Positions 13,241-27,196 of a DNA stretch of 64,000 nucleotides are shown piece by piece. The position numbers and the translations under genes are program-made. Positions within the stretch are counted from its first letter, which is position 1. Each line of letters opens with the position of its first letter. Source of the DNA: Pseudogymnoascus verrucosus (Eukaryota). The notes beneath the pieces were generated by a model. That model saw only the letters and a list, made by a program, of their open reading frames with translations. It did no database searches and was not told where the DNA came from. The stretch lies in NCBI GenBank assembly GCA_001662655.1, contig KV460211.1; one strand, given 5' to 3'.

Positions 13241-14994
13241 ATGAAGGGCTCCGCCATTCGTTCCGTGTCCGCGCTCTTTGCTGCAGCGAGCCTCTTCGGC
13301 GCTGCCAGTGCTACCCTCGATCCGGTCATTATCAAGGTGAGATCGATCCGAGGTTCCGTTCTTCAGTCACCTCAACTAACCATTCCTCTCACCAATCCAG
13401 GGTTCAAAATTCTTCTACAAGACCAACGGCACCCAGTTCTTCATCAAGGGCGTCGCCTACCAGGAAGGTGTCGGCGCCGCTGGAACATCCAGCGGAAGCA
13501 GCAGTACTGGTACTATACATTCTCTCTCCATCGCACGTCGGAAAAGCGACAAAACGAGCCAATACTGATTTATATACAGCCACATACAGCGACCCCCTCG
13601 CAAACGAAGCAGCCTGCACGCGTGATGTCCCACTCCTCCAAGCCCTCGGCGCCAATGTCATCCGAACCTATGCCATCGACCCCACCGCCGATCACTCAGC
13701 ATGCATGAAGCTCCTCGACACCGCCGGCATCTACGTGATCAGCGATCTGGGCCAGCCCAACCTCTCCATCAACCGCGAGAACCCAGAATGGAACCTCGAT
13801 CTCTACGACCGCTACACCTCCGTGATTGACTCGCTCGCCAAGTACTCCAATGTCATTGGCTTCTTCGCCGGTAACGAGGTGACCAACAATGCCTCCTACA
13901 CCCCCGCCTCCGCCTTCGTCAAGGCCTCCATCCGCGACACAAAGGCCTACATCAAAGCCAAGGGCTACACCGCGGGCGTCGGCTATGCCGCTGATGACGA
14001 TGCCACCACCCGCGCCCACGTAGCCGCCTACTTCAACTGCGGTGATGTCGCCGACACCATCGACTTCTGGGGCTACAATATCTACTCCTGGTGCGACCCG
14101 TCCAACTACGTGACCTCAGGATACCAGAACCACACCGAGACCTTCGCGTCCTACAACGTCCCCGTCTTCTTCGCCGAGTACGGCTGCAACGAGGGCACTG
14201 CCAGCGGCTCCGGGTCGCGCGACTTCAGCGAGGTCGCTGCGCTTTACGGGACGGATATGTCCAAGGTCTTCTCGGGAGGAATCGTCTACGAGTATTTCCA
14301 GGAGGTGAACGACTACGGTCTCGTCACCCTCACCGGAAACACCGTCTCGAAACTAAAGGACTACGACAACTTCTCCACCAAGATCCACGCCGTCTCCCCC
14401 TCCTCGGTCAACTCAGCAAGCTACTCCCCCACCAACACCGCCGGAGAGGCCTGCCCAACCGTCAACGACCAGTGGAAAGTCGCCGCCACCGGCCTCCCGC
14501 CCACCCCCAACGCCGCGGTGTGCAACTGCATGACTTCCTCCCTGAAGTGCGTTGCCAAGCCCAACCTCCCCCTGGACGACCTCGCCAAGCTCTTCAACAC
14601 CGTGTGTGGTCTCTCCGCTAGCGCTTGCTCTGGTTTCGTGGCCGATACTGCCAGTGGCGCATACGGCGCGTATCTGGGCTGCAGCGATCACGACAAGCTT
14701 TCCAACGCTTTTAACGCCTACTACCTTGAGCAGAACAGCAAGGCCGATGCTTGCGATTTCGGCGGTAGCGCGTCGGTGGTGGCGAGCCCTACCCCAGCGT
14801 CGTCGTGTGAGAGCATTATTGCTTCCGCTACGAACGCCGCGCCGGCGGGAACTTCTACTGGAGGCTCTGGTAGTGGAACCGACACCAGCAGCGATAAGAG
14901 CGCGGCGAACTCGGTGCATATGTTCGGGGGATGGGGAATTGCTGCCTGGATGACTGCTGTGGTTGTTTCGGTTGCAGGGCTTGTAGTGTTGTAG
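13241..14994 (+). CDS. GH72 beta-1,3-glucanosyltransferase (Gel/Gas family) with X8/CBM43 domain and GPI anchor
   Basis: Signal peptide MKGSAIRSVSALFAAASLFGAASA, then FFIKGVAYQ, GFFAGNEV, GYNIYSWC and PVFFAEYGCN. A Cys-rich X8 domain precedes a Ser/Thr tail and hydrophobic C-terminus. Introns at about 13337-13400 and 13510-13579. Confidence 0.95.
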
Positions 14995-15506
14995 ATTCTG
15001 TTTAATATAGTTCTTTTGCGAGGAGGTTAGCGAATTTGATAGTTCCGATGTCGTTGTGGTGGTAATTGGCTAGTTTACTGTACTCTATGTTATATGTACG
15101 TATGGCCTTGTGGATGAGCGTGAGAAAATCAAGTTTTTATTCAGCTGTTTTTTACCCCTGAGTCCCTTGCCCAGACTCCAGCCCTGCTTCAACGTCCACC
15201 TTGATTGACGACAGCGATTCTGGGAATATCGACTACAAAACATTGATGCGTCTATTAGCCCCTATCCATTTTCCGCAGCATGATGACTTCTCCCACAGCA
15301 ACAAGGACAAATCCAGTCTCACTCGATATTCCCTTATCCACCCCCCGCTTTGCATCTACTGCCATATTTTACCATGCAGCCTCTAAGACAAATCTTGAGC
15401 TTCCCGAACAACCCCGAGTCTACATTTACCTCAACAGCGGGCGAGCTTGTTTAACCAGACCAGAGCAAAGAACTAAAAAGAGCTGGGGCCGGAGTGGGTG
15501 CTGGAC

Positions 15507-15912
15507 CTGGTCGTTGGGCAGGGGTAATCGTCGAGCATAACCCCCCCCCACCCGGTCTATACCCGCCACCGCCCTCACTCTCACGGCCACCTCCGCCTCT
15601 CCCCATCATACACCTTGCTGGAGCGGCAGAGCAAGAGCTCCAGAGAGCCAGAAGCCCGAGTCGAAGGTCAGCGACTCCTTTGCAGACGACGAGCCTGCAG
15701 AACCCACCGATGATGAGATCGAAGACGACGACGATGATATTGCTGTCCCTAGTAGTGACAACAGAGTGCTACAGTATCGGGGGGATGATGGGGCGGTGGT
15801 GGGGTGGGGTCGAAGTGGTGACGAGAGGAGGGCGGTGGTGGTGAGAGTGAGAGGTGGTGGTGAGAATAAGGGGGTTGAGACGTAAGCTCGACGATTACCC
15901 CGCCCGTACCAG
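15507..15912. repeat. About 400-bp segment bounded by long imperfect inverted repeats
   Basis: GGGGTAATCGTCGAGC (about 15521-15536) is the exact reverse complement of GCTCGACGATTACCCC (about 15886-15901). CCTCACTCTCAC pairs with GTGAGAGTGAG, and CCCCATCAT pairs with ATGATGGGG further inside. Confidence 0.65.
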
Positions 15913-16229
15913 AAAATCAGAATCAAATGTTGAGAGTACATAGGCCACATCATGTCGCCTGATGACTTTATTCTCTTTCACCTGAAATTGTCCTTGGCTG
16001 CCTGCAGTTCTGCTCTAAGGAACAGAACCTGCGCCTCGCTCTTTTTTATCATCACTTAGCCACGTACAGTACTACGAGACATATATCAATCGCGCAGAAG
16101 CACTCCCAAGAAGTAAAATCCATACATGGGATAATCAGTGGTAGCATCTATTCGTTACCATAACCCATCTACCCTACCAACACCCAACAACTAACCATCT
16201 AGGCATGTCTACCACACACATCCACCCAT

Positions 16230-19200
16230 CTAAACCTCCCTACTCCTCCCCCCCTCCCCCACAACCGTCTCCACCATCTCAATCCCACTCAAACTGGGAT
16301 ACCTCCGACTAAAATCCCTAATATACTCATCCTTCTCCCTCTGACTCATATCAACCTTCATCTCCCCCCTTCCCCCCGACGGTAGCGGCGCGCCCCTCTC
16401 CTCCGAGGGCGCCGCATACCCACCCCTCCCACTCCCCCCGGTATGCAAATGCACCGGTTTCGGCCTCGGCGCCGGCGCAGCGCTGCCTACAGGCCTGCGC
16501 GCAATCGGCTGTTGCTGCTGCTGCTGCGACGCACCAGGCCTCTCGCGCTCGCGCTCACGCTCACGCTCAAGCTGCGCAGATGATGAAGATGAAGACGCCT
16601 CGCCCTGCTGCGCCGCGTCATCATCAGTAAAATGCCCATACCCATGTGCCGTGCGGGCCGGTTCAGGGCGCGCATTCTCATCGAGCAGGGTCTTCACCTT
16701 ATTCTGGATCGTGGCGGCACGGGTCACGCCGCCGATGCTGCGGGGCGGGGGACCCGTGGCAGAGGGGTCGCGGTGGGCGACGCGCTGGCGGTACTCCGCA
16801 GCTGCTTGTTCGACGCGGCGTTCCTCGGCAGCGAGACGGAGACGCTCTGCTTCGCGGCGCTGTTCGCCCGACAGGGCGGCGTCGTCGGGACGGCCGTCGT
16901 CGCTACGGTCGTCTGTGGCTTCGGAGCCGGCGATGGGGGTGAGGAAGCGGGCGTCGAGGTCGTGGTCGGGGGATGGGGAGCGAGGGGGGGCGGAGGCGTT
17001 GCTCTCGAAGCGCTTGAATGCGTCGCCGAACTTGCCGGCGAAGAGGTTCTTGGTGCCGGCGAGGGTCATGGAGGGGAGGGAGGCGCGCTTGGGTTTGTTG
17101 CTGGAGATGCTGCTGCGGGATTTGTGGCCGCGCGAGGAGGAGTCTTGGTCTTCCATTTGGCGGAGGAATTCGACGTTGGACGCGATGTTGGGTTCGTCGG
17201 CCGGGGAGGCGGGCTCGGGGGGGGAGGTGCGTGGTGGGGGCGCGTCCAGGGTTTTGGAATTGGGAAGCGCTTTGCCGAGGAAGTTCGTCTTGGGTTGGGA
17301 TTGTTCACGGTCACGGAGGAATTCCATGTGAGATTCTAGGTATGCGCTGGATGGTCGAGGACGGGTATCTTTGGGGAGATTTCTCGGGACTGGCTCGAGG
17401 TCATCGTTGCTGGTGCGAACTGTTTCGAGGGAAGGCCTGGAAGAGACGGGGCGCTTGTCCTCGGCAGCCTTTAGTTGAGAAGACCGGCTTCTCGACGCTG
17501 CTGTTGGTTGGGGAGACTCTGATAGGAGTCCTCTATTGGGTGTCTCCAACTCCATAGAAGTACGGTTGCGTGGGAGGCTCACTGATCTATGTTGATCGGC
17601 TGGAGGGAAACGGTGTATAGGCGCAGGTTTATATTGCTGTTTCGGTTGGAAATCTGTTGCGGGCAGGTTGGGGGATGTCATGGTGCCTTCTGACACGTAT
17701 GACGACTTGGGTTTGTACGTGGTTGGCACCTTTTCCTCTGACGGCGGGGATATAGTTGCCTGTAATTCAGGCGTGTTGAATATGATCTGTTGCGCTTTGC
17801 TCATCGAGCTGGTCGATGGCCTGACTTGAGACGATGGCCCTGTCCCAGTGCGTGGCGCAGAAGCGGCAAACGCATTATCAGCTAGCTTCTCCGTCACTCT
17901 CTGGTTCAAGTCCTTCGGTTTTGAGGCCGTCGTTGGCGAAGTGCTATCAAATTCGAACTTGGAGCCCTTCTCATGCAAAAGAGAGAATTGGTCTATGCTG
18001 GGGAACTTCGAGGAAAGCTCGTCGGTCGGAGGAGCAGACTTTGAGTCCAAAGCAGCAAATGGGTCGCCGCTCGTCACGCGCATAGGAGACGGCGTTGGCT
18101 TTGGACCTGGGGCCTGGGGTGTCGTCGTTGGCCGGCCTCGTCGCATGGGTATTACATCTGGAATCGCAGCCTTTTGCTGGGTTGGTGGTGCGAAGGCAGC
18201 GCCTACGGCAGGAGACACATGTGTGCGGGGGTTGGGTAATGACTGGTTTCGTTTCGTATGTAAGTCGTTTCCCCCAGCGTATATCTGCATAGGTTAGTAG
18301 TGGTCTCGAGAATTGATAGTATATCTCACATTTTTAATTGGTACTTCGATACCTTGCAAATGGCATGCTTCGCGGAGTACCTGATATACATTCGGCCTCT
18401 CATCTGGGTTCTCACGGAGCATTGTCGCTATACTTTGTTAGCATCTCCAGATATAACTTATGCAATAAGACTTACCAATCATTAACTTTAGCCTGTCTGA
18501 AAATACAGGGAACGCAGGGAACTTGAAGCTAGCATTAAGAATTGAAAGTTGCCCTTTCTCTTCGAAAGGAGTAGTGTAGTAGCACAGCTTATATAATAAC
18601 ACGCCAAGAGCCCAAATATCGGACTTCTCGTCAATGGGTAGTTTTCGATATACATCAACCATCTCCGGACTTCTATACTGTAAAGTGGTATGCTTCTGTA
18701 CATCTTCTTCGATAAGTCGGCATTCGGCGGCCGTTGTCGCAGCCGCCCTCGGCGGCGCAGTAGAGCCGAAGTCGCAGAGCTTGTATCGTCTTTCCCCGCT
18801 CGAGGTTTTCGTTATGAGAACATTCTCAACCTTGAGATCGCGATGCAGTAGCGGCGGCTTGAGGTAATGCATGCAGGCCACGCCCTCCGTAACGTCCGAG
18901 AATATCTTCAATATCTCCGGCTCCGTAAGTCGATTCTGTAGTCGTGTATTCATGAAATCGATCAGCCCTCCGCCGCTGCAGAACTCCATCAGCAGGAAGA
19001 CTTCGTATCCGCCGCCCTTGAGCTGCGAGGCGTGTGAGTCGTAGTATTTGACAATGGGGCGGTGACCCTTGAGCTTCTTCATCGTCTCAACCTCCGTCCG
19101 CATGTTCCCCAGGGAGTCCTTGTCGGGCACGGCAACGCGTTTGAGGACCGCAATATCGGTGCCATCCTTTGGCTCCGGCATCTTGACTAGGTAGACATGG

Positions 19201-19373
19201 GCGAAGCCACCTTCGGAGAAGTATTTCTGGATGACGACCTTGTGGCCCCCCACAGTGATCTTGGTGCCCGGAGAGAAGGTCCCCTGGGGAATGGCCGGCG
19301 CGTGTGGTGGGTGAGCTCCATATGGGGCTGGTCTTGCCCCAGCGGCCATAGGTATCGAAGGGGTGTATGACAT
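16230..19373 (-). CDS. Ark1/Prk1 (NAK) family Ser/Thr protein kinase
   Basis: FSEGGFAHVY, VLKRV, MEFCSGGGLIDFMNTRL, HRDLKVENVL, CDFGS and TTLQYRSPEM. Two introns lie near 18285-18475, followed by a long Pro/Ser-rich C-terminal exon. A short upstream exon is possible. Confidence 0.9.
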
Positions 19374-21058
19374 GTTGTCGGGGTCGAGGTAAATCGGATC
19401 GTGGGTGCAGCGCTAGGTAAGGACAACTGTAGGCTCAGGTCACCGCATTGAGTGTCGCTGGGTTCGTGGGGAGGTGGTATGATCCAACAACCATGCGTGG
19501 CTACGCCTTATATACACAACGGGGGAAAGAAGAGAGTATTTATGAATGAATTGAATGCTCTGGGAGGGATTGGAGGCTGAGTTTCGAACAGAAGCTTGGT
19601 GTTGTTCTCACCCATGTTCGTTGACTGCCTTGGATGGCCGTGCGAGGGATGCTGCGGCCTATCACCAGTAAGGTTGGGCGGTGAAGGGTTCTGCCACCCC
19701 AGCTCCTTCCCATCGACCCCATCGTCAGAGGCGACCAATGAGAATAATCAGAATATCCAAATTTCGTTATTCTAGGTTTGTTTGCCGTGTTGGCCAAAAC
19801 TTTACCCGCAGGGGGTGGGTGGGTGTTCGTCTGTAAATAGAATATCATATATGTGTCTTTGGGGGCTTGCGAATACATTGCACATTGCAGACAAACAACA
19901 TTGCGACGCGTGTTTATGGGGAAATTTTGAGGATGGTCGCTCCTCCTGGCTTTGTGGCTCCTGGACTTTGTCCCTCCTGACTCAGAAGGTTAAACTACAG
20001 TGAGTGAGTACAGTGAGTGAGTACAATAAGTGAGTACAGTGAGTTGCTGCATGCACGGTTGTGTCTCTCATCGAGCAGTCGCGATGTGATAGATACTATC
20101 GTGAGTATTAAATACATACAAACATACATACGCAAACAGAGGCTGGCAGGTAGACAAGGCAGATAGATAGACGGCTAATTCGGAATAACATCCAACGCTA
20201 GGTCATCAAGAAGAGTAGTATTAAGGACCCATATTCCATTCATAATTGCTGTGCCGTATATCCTCAAAGCGATAATAAGCAGAGTGATGTTAACTTCCCC
20301 TAATCACTCAGTAGATGTTGCTCGTATGATCGCGGTTGATCGCGTATTTACGCCTATGAACACCTCCTCACGCCCTCAAACGCGTATAATCGCGTGTAAG
20401 AAAGTCACTGATCAGACTTGTCTCTCTACCAAAAAAAAACAGTTGAGGCGGCTGTGACGACAGGGGTGTGGCTGCACGCTAAATAAGCGAGCACGCAGGT
20501 GAAATTTGCGAAATCTGCGGGTGATCAGGTATATAATCATGGTAGGAGATCCCTTTAATCCCGCCGACCGCCCGCCAATTTTCAACGAAGCGAACGGCGA
20601 AAAAAGGGACACACAGACAAATCACGTGTATAAGTAACACGTGATACGATCTCATTCCTTCCTTCCTTCTTATCACACAACACACACCACTCACGCCACT
20701 AACACCTACCCATTAATTGGAGATACTTACGATATTATATTAATACTACCCTTCGCACTCAATAATAAAAAGGGTATTTGCAAGCTCTTCCGCCTATTCG
20801 ACACGTACACTATTCTACCTATTCTATCTAAGAAGGCTCGATCAAAGAACCCTGCTGATCACGTGCGCTCCCATCCAGTCTCACTTAAGGCTACTACTTT
20901 AAGCACAATCTTCATCAACTTCATCAACTTCATCAACTTCATCACCAAAAGAATATTAAATGGCGCAATTATTGTAAAGAGGCTTCTCTCTTCCAAAGAA
21001 ATACTGCAGGCCCTCTCTGACCGCAAGGCCGGAGTCGACCTGAGGCGTTGACCTAAAA

Positions 21059-24000
21059 ATGGCGTCAAGGTGAGTTTCATCGTCCCGCCACCCAAGTCTC
21101 ATATACTAATAATATCTATAGATTGGATCGATTGGTCACGTAAGTTCACTCAGTCGCTGATGAAGGCGATCCGCACTTTCCTCTGTGTATACTAATAATA
21201 TGTAGGCTACTGGAAACAGGAAGCACCCCATTAATCAGAAACACTGCAGCCCAGCAGCTCGCAGATGTTCAAAAGGCTCACCCCGATGACCTATTCAGCT
21301 TATTGTCAAGGGTCGTCCCATACCTGCACCACAGGACATGGGAGACCCGAGTCGCAGCTGCCAAAGCTCTAGGTGGCATCGTTGAAAATGCCGAGAAGTA
21401 TGACCCTAACGAGGATGAGGCCAAGGATGAATCTATGATCATCGAGGACGAGTCCTCATCCCTCGTAAAAACCGAGGATAAGAGCGAGAACAGTCTCGCG
21501 AATGTTGACGGATTCCGCTTGGCCCTCGAGAACCTTGACATTTCTCAAGTGCTGAAATATGGCAAGGAGCTCGCTCGAGGAACAGGCAGAGGGTACGAGT
21601 TTGCTCTGGCGCGTCTGGATCCCTCGGAACGCCTGGCCCACAAGAAAAAGACTCTGCCAACTCGGCTTGGTCTGAGAGGTAAATTCCATGAGGATGACCT
21701 CTGTATGGACATCGACATCATTCCCGTCCCAACTACCGTCTCTCCCCCACCCAGTGACCAGACCAACGGAAATTCAGGGTCACATGAAGATTCTAAGTGC
21801 TCCGAGACTACTTCTGCAGCCAATGGCGATAGTGGTCTCAGCGCACGCCAGCTTAATGTGCTGAAGCGAAAGCGCAAGCGTGAGGCCCTCCAGGCGGGGA
21901 GCAAGAACCGTCTCGTGGATCTGTCGGGAAAGAAGCCTAGCATTTCCACTGAAGATGCCGCCATGCCAGACGAATCCACCGGGGAGGAAGAGTCGAACGG
22001 CAAAGTCAAGGACTACTTCTCGCTCGACAGACCTGCCGAGGTGGAGGAAGACACCAAGGTCGTCTCAGAGTTCAAGGGCCCGATCGTCCCAGTCAAATCC
22101 GAGATCCAAGAGGACGAAGAGTCTGCAGGTGCAGAATGGCCTTTCGAGAGACTGTGCGAACTTCTCATGGTCAACCTATTCGACTCCTGTTGGGAGGTTC
22201 GACACGGAGCATCTCTTGGTCTCCGTGAAATCATCCGCGTCCACGGACACGGCGCTGGCCGCGCTCGTGGCAAGTCTCGGACTGAAAACGACCGTCTTAA
22301 CAGGCAATGGCTTGACGATTTGGCGTGCAGACTTTGCTGCGTGCTCACGCTCGACAGATTCGGAGATTACGTGTCGGACAATGTTGTGGCGCCCATTCGC
22401 GAGTCGATCGGCCAGACTCTCGGTGCGCTCCTCTCGCATCTCCCGTCGTTGAGTGTTTACGCTGTATTCCGCATCCTTCTACAGATGGTGATGCAGGATG
22501 AGCTCGGACTGGACCGCCCTGCCTGGGCTGTCTGCCACGGCGGTATGATTGGACTCCGTTACCTCGTCGCAGTCCGCAACGACCTTCTCCTCAAAGACGG
22601 AGGCCTCATCGACGGAGTCATCCGAGCTGTTATGAAAGGCCTCGGCGATGCCGACGATGATGTACGATCCGTTAGCGCGGCAACCCTCATCCCAATCGCG
22701 CAGGATTTCGTCAACCTCCGCCCCGAGAAACTGAAGGATTTAATCGAGATCGTTTGGATGTGTTTGATGGACTTGGGAGATGATCTGAGCGCTAGCACGG
22801 GCCAGATCATGGATCTTTTGGCCAAGCTTTGCAGTTACCCCGAGGTCTTGGAGGCGATGAAGGTCAATGCCTTGGAAGATCCGGATCAGTCGTTCGCCGA
22901 GCTTGTGCCTAGACTCTACCCGTTCCTGCGACACACCATTACATCGGTTCGCTCGGCTGTTCTCAGGGCCTTGCTCACCTTTGTCCATATCGAGGGCGAA
23001 GGCACACGCGGGTGGCTCAACGGCCGTACCCTTCGTCTTGTCTACCAAAATATCCTAGTCGAGCGCAACGAAGATACTCTCCGACTCTCTCTACAGGTAT
23101 GGACGGCACTAGTCACGTACATGTCGAAACAAGATGTGTCCGCCCTCGCCGCCGAGTTCGCTCCACATGTCGAGCCCCTATTGCAGCTATCGCTCCATCC
23201 CATCGGCGTCTCGAGGCATCCTCTCCCAATGAACCCGACGTTGTTTATGCGCCCTTCAGGATCGAGCTACAGCATGCCAGCTCACCTCGCACGCCAACTA
23301 TCGCCTACTTCAGCCACTCAAGAGCCCTCTGCTAAGCGCCGCAGAAAGTCCGCAAAGCAAGTTGAGGCAGCTCCTTCGTCATCTCACGACGTGGACGGCC
23401 ACATGATGCAAGGTGATGTCGATCTCGTCGGCATGGATATCTTGATCCGTTCGAGAATCTCGGCAGCCAAGGCAATGGGTCTCCTACTGTCTCTCCTCCC
23501 TGTCAGTGACTTAGGCGTCTATGACACCGCAATCCTGCAAGGTCTCTCGTCCTCGTTCGCATCAACGCAACTCGCATCCGCGGCAATCATAGACGAGTAC
23601 GCCAAGAACTCCGAATCCAAAGACACCGTGTCCCGCTTCAAGGAGCCCCTCCAGACAATCACCGAAAGCGACAGACCCGCCCACTACCGCGATCTCGTCA
23701 GCTTCATCCAGCTCGTCCGCGCGCAATGCGCCGCACTACTCAACACATTCCGCGACATTGGCAAAGCATCTCAAAGCAGACTCCCCACGCTCGCCGTGGT
23801 GTGCCAGGGCGAGGCCGAGGCGGGTCCAGATGCTTTCTCCATCATCAACGCGGATAAGTGCGTCAATGAAGATTTCGAGAGGCTGAAGAAGTCGCTTTCG
23901 GGAGCGCAGAAGTTGATCGCTAAGGATGCTCTTAATGAGGCGAGGGAGAACGCTGTGACGGCTATTGAGAACGCGAAGGCGATGAAGCTGCATCGCGATA

Positions 24001-26922
24001 TTCGCGTCAAGTCTGCGGCTGCTGGTGCGCTGGTGTCGATGGGCGCGGCGCCGAAGAAGCCGTCTAATACGATTAAGGCTCTCATGGATAGCATCAAGAA
24101 GGAGGATAACCTCGAGTTGCAGCGCCGCTCTGCACTGTCCGTTGCGCAGCTCGTCCAGCTATTCGCTCTGTCGGGCCGTCGCGGACCAGCTGACAAGATC
24201 GTCTCCAACCTCGCCAAGTACTGCTGTATTGACACAGCCGAGACGCCCGAGTTCACTCCCAACGCAGAGCTGCGCACTGCAATCTTGTCCCTGCGTAAAG
24301 AGGAGGATAGAAAGGACCACGTCGATGCAGCCAAGTTCGCGCGTGAGGCGAAGGAGGCGCGTATTATGCGTCGCGGTGCCAAGGAGGCCCTGGAGCAACT
24401 GTCTGATATCTTTGGCGCTGATCTACTGGAGCAAGTTCCAACGCTGAAGGGCGTTATGAATGATGCCCTGACGCAAGTCTTCGTGGGCGATTTGCCTGAG
24501 GAGGCGAAGGATCCCGAGAAGCCGCTGGGCCAAGACGTCATTGATGGGATGTCGGTTCTGCGCGCTCTGACGCCGACGTTGCACAAGGATCTTCATCCAT
24601 TCGTTATGGGTCTGCTTCCTTTGGTTGTTAAGGCGCTCCATTCCGAGCTGTCTGTTTTCAGATATATGGCTGCCAAGTGCCTTGCTACGGTTTGCAGTGT
24701 CATCACTGTTGATGCCATGACGATGTTGGTTGAGAAGGTATTGCCCTCGATCAGCAATCCTCTGGACCTGAACTTCAGACAGGGTGCTACGGAGTGCATT
24801 TACCATCTCATTCACGTCATGGGTGATAATATCCTACCATACGTTATTTTCCTCATCGTGCCTGTTCTGGGTCGCATGAGCGACTCTGACAATGACGTCC
24901 GTCTGATCGCAACCACCACGTTCGCCACGCTCGTCAAGCTCGTACCTCTCGAAGCCGGTATCCCCGATCCCCCAGGATTGTCAGAGGAACTCCTCAAGGG
25001 CCGCGATCGCGAGCGTACATTCATCGCACAGCTCCTCGATCCGCACAAGGTCGAGCCTTTCGTTATCCCGGTCGCTATCAAGGCCGAACTCCGCTCTTAC
25101 CAGCAGGAGGGTGTTAACTGGCTCAACTTCCTCAACAAGTACCATCTGCACGGCATTCTTTGCGACGACATGGGTCTCGGAAAGACGCTCCAGACGTTGT
25201 GTATGGTGGCTAGTGACCATCATCTACGTGCGGAGGAATTCAAGAAGACGGGTGCTTTGGAGCTTCGCAAGATGCCTACGCTTATTGTCTGCCCGCCAAC
25301 ACTCTCTGGTCATTGGCAGCAAGAGATTAGGACGTACGCACCATTCTTGACATGCACGGCATACGTTGGCCCACCCAATGAGCGCAGCAAGGTCCGCGAT
25401 CAGCTTGACAAGACGGATGTGGTTATCACCTCGTACGATATCTGCCGTAACGACGCCGAAGTGCTCGCGCCCATCAACTGGAACTACCTCGTCCTGGACG
25501 AGGGCCACTTGATCAAGAACCCGCGCGCCAAGGTCACCATCGCAGTCAAGCGCCTGCTGTCCAACCACCGACTTATTCTCTCCGGTACGCCCATCCAGAA
25601 CAACGTGTTGGAGCTATGGTCGCTCTTCGACTTCCTCATGCCCGGCTTCCTCGGCGCCGAAAAAGTCTTCCTCGACCGCTTTGCCAAACCCATCGCCGCA
25701 TCCCGCTTTGGCAAGCCCTCTTCCAAAGAGCAAGAAGCCGGCGCCCTCGCCATCGAAGCGCTACACAAACAAGTCCTGCCCTTCCTCCTGCGCCGCCTCA
25801 AGGAAGAAGTCCTCGACGACCTCCCCCCCAAGATCCTACAGAACTACTACTGCGACCTCTCTCCCCTGCAAAAGAAGCTCTTCGAAGACTTCACCAAGAA
25901 GAACGGGAAGACGCTCGCGGAGAAGGCGTCGGCGGGCGATAAGGACTCGAAACAGCATATTTTCCAGGCCTTGCAATATATGCGCAAGCTGTGCAATTCG
26001 CCGGCGCTTGTTATGAAGGAGGGACATAAGCAGTATGCAGAGACGCAGGCTTACCTCGCTAAGAATAATACTTCGCTCTCGGATCCTGTGCATGCGCCTA
26101 AGCTCACGGCCCTCCGCGATCTTCTTGTCGACTGCGGTATTGGACGCGAACCCGCTCCAGGGGAACTGGCTGGTACCGCGGCTGTGTCGCCGCATCGCGC
26201 GCTGATCTTCTGTCAGATGAAGGAGATGCTTGAGATGGTGCAAAGCGAGGTGCTGCGGAAGATGCTTCCGGGGGTGACATCACTCCGTCTTGACGGTGGG
26301 GTGGAGGCCAACAAGCGCCAGGATATCGTGAACAAGTTCAACAGCGATCCATCTATCGATGTGCTCCTCCTGACGACGTCGGTTGGTGGCTTGGGTCTGA
26401 ATTTGACCGGTGCTGATACAGTTATCTTCGTGGAGCATGATTGGAATCCGCAGAAGGATTTGCAGGCTATGGATCGCGCGCATAGAATTGGGCAGAAGAA
26501 GGTGGTTAATGTGTATCGATTGATTACGCGTGGGACGCTTGAGGAGAAGATTATGTCGTATGTACCCCTTAATAATACCCCCAGTGAAATCAGAAAACTA
26601 ACATCTCGTCTGCAGTCTCCAACGCTTCAAAATCGACGTCGCCTCTACGGTCGTCAATCAGCAGAACGCCGGCCTTGCTACTATGGAAACAGATCAGATC
26701 CTCGACCTCTTCCAGCTCTCAGATGAGGTGCCTGGGCTCGTGCCTCCAAACGCCGCGGGGGCCGCGGCAAAGGAAGGCGAAGAGGATGCGGTGGATGCGA
26801 CGGGTGAGGTTAGGGAGAAGGGGAAGAAGGGGTATCTGGATGAGATTGGGGAGTTGTGGGAGGAGGGGCTGTATGAGGAGGAGTTTAGTCTGGATGGGTT
26901 TTTGGGGAGGATGAAGGGGTAG
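21059..26922 (+). CDS. MOT1: TBP-associated SNF2-family ATPase Mot1/BTAF1
   Basis: The spliced N-terminus is MASRLDRLVTLLETGST...AAQQLADVQK, built from two micro-exons. HEAT repeats follow, then GILCDDMGLGKT, DEGH, LSGTPIQNN and QAMDRAHRIGQ. The last intron is at about 26558-26615. Confidence 0.97.
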
Positions 26923-27196
26923 TCTATGGGTGGAGGTGGGGGGTCAGTATGGGCGTTTGGGGTGTGATTTTGCGTGGCGTATGGGGGGGAGGGGGTAGTG
27001 ATGGGGGAAAAGGATGGATGTATTTATAGTTCGACCTGTATTTGTACTTTACTTACGAGACGGAAGCCCAGATAATTAAGAGGGAAAAGAAGATGGCCCG
27101 CGAAAGCGCCCGCATTTATGAAAGCCTCAGCTACTGCTCTACGGGGTATACAGTCCCTCTTCCAACATCCGCGTGACAAGCAGCATACCCACGCGT

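Noticed and set aside
15507..15912. SRP, RNase P or telomerase RNA identity for the fold-back region
   Set aside because: I could not find the diagnostic conserved motifs or a telomere template sequence.
21400..26500. Numerous antisense and alternate-frame ORFs within MOT1 (similarly within the GH72, kinase and oxidase genes)
   Set aside because: Shadow ORFs caused by codon bias of the real gene.
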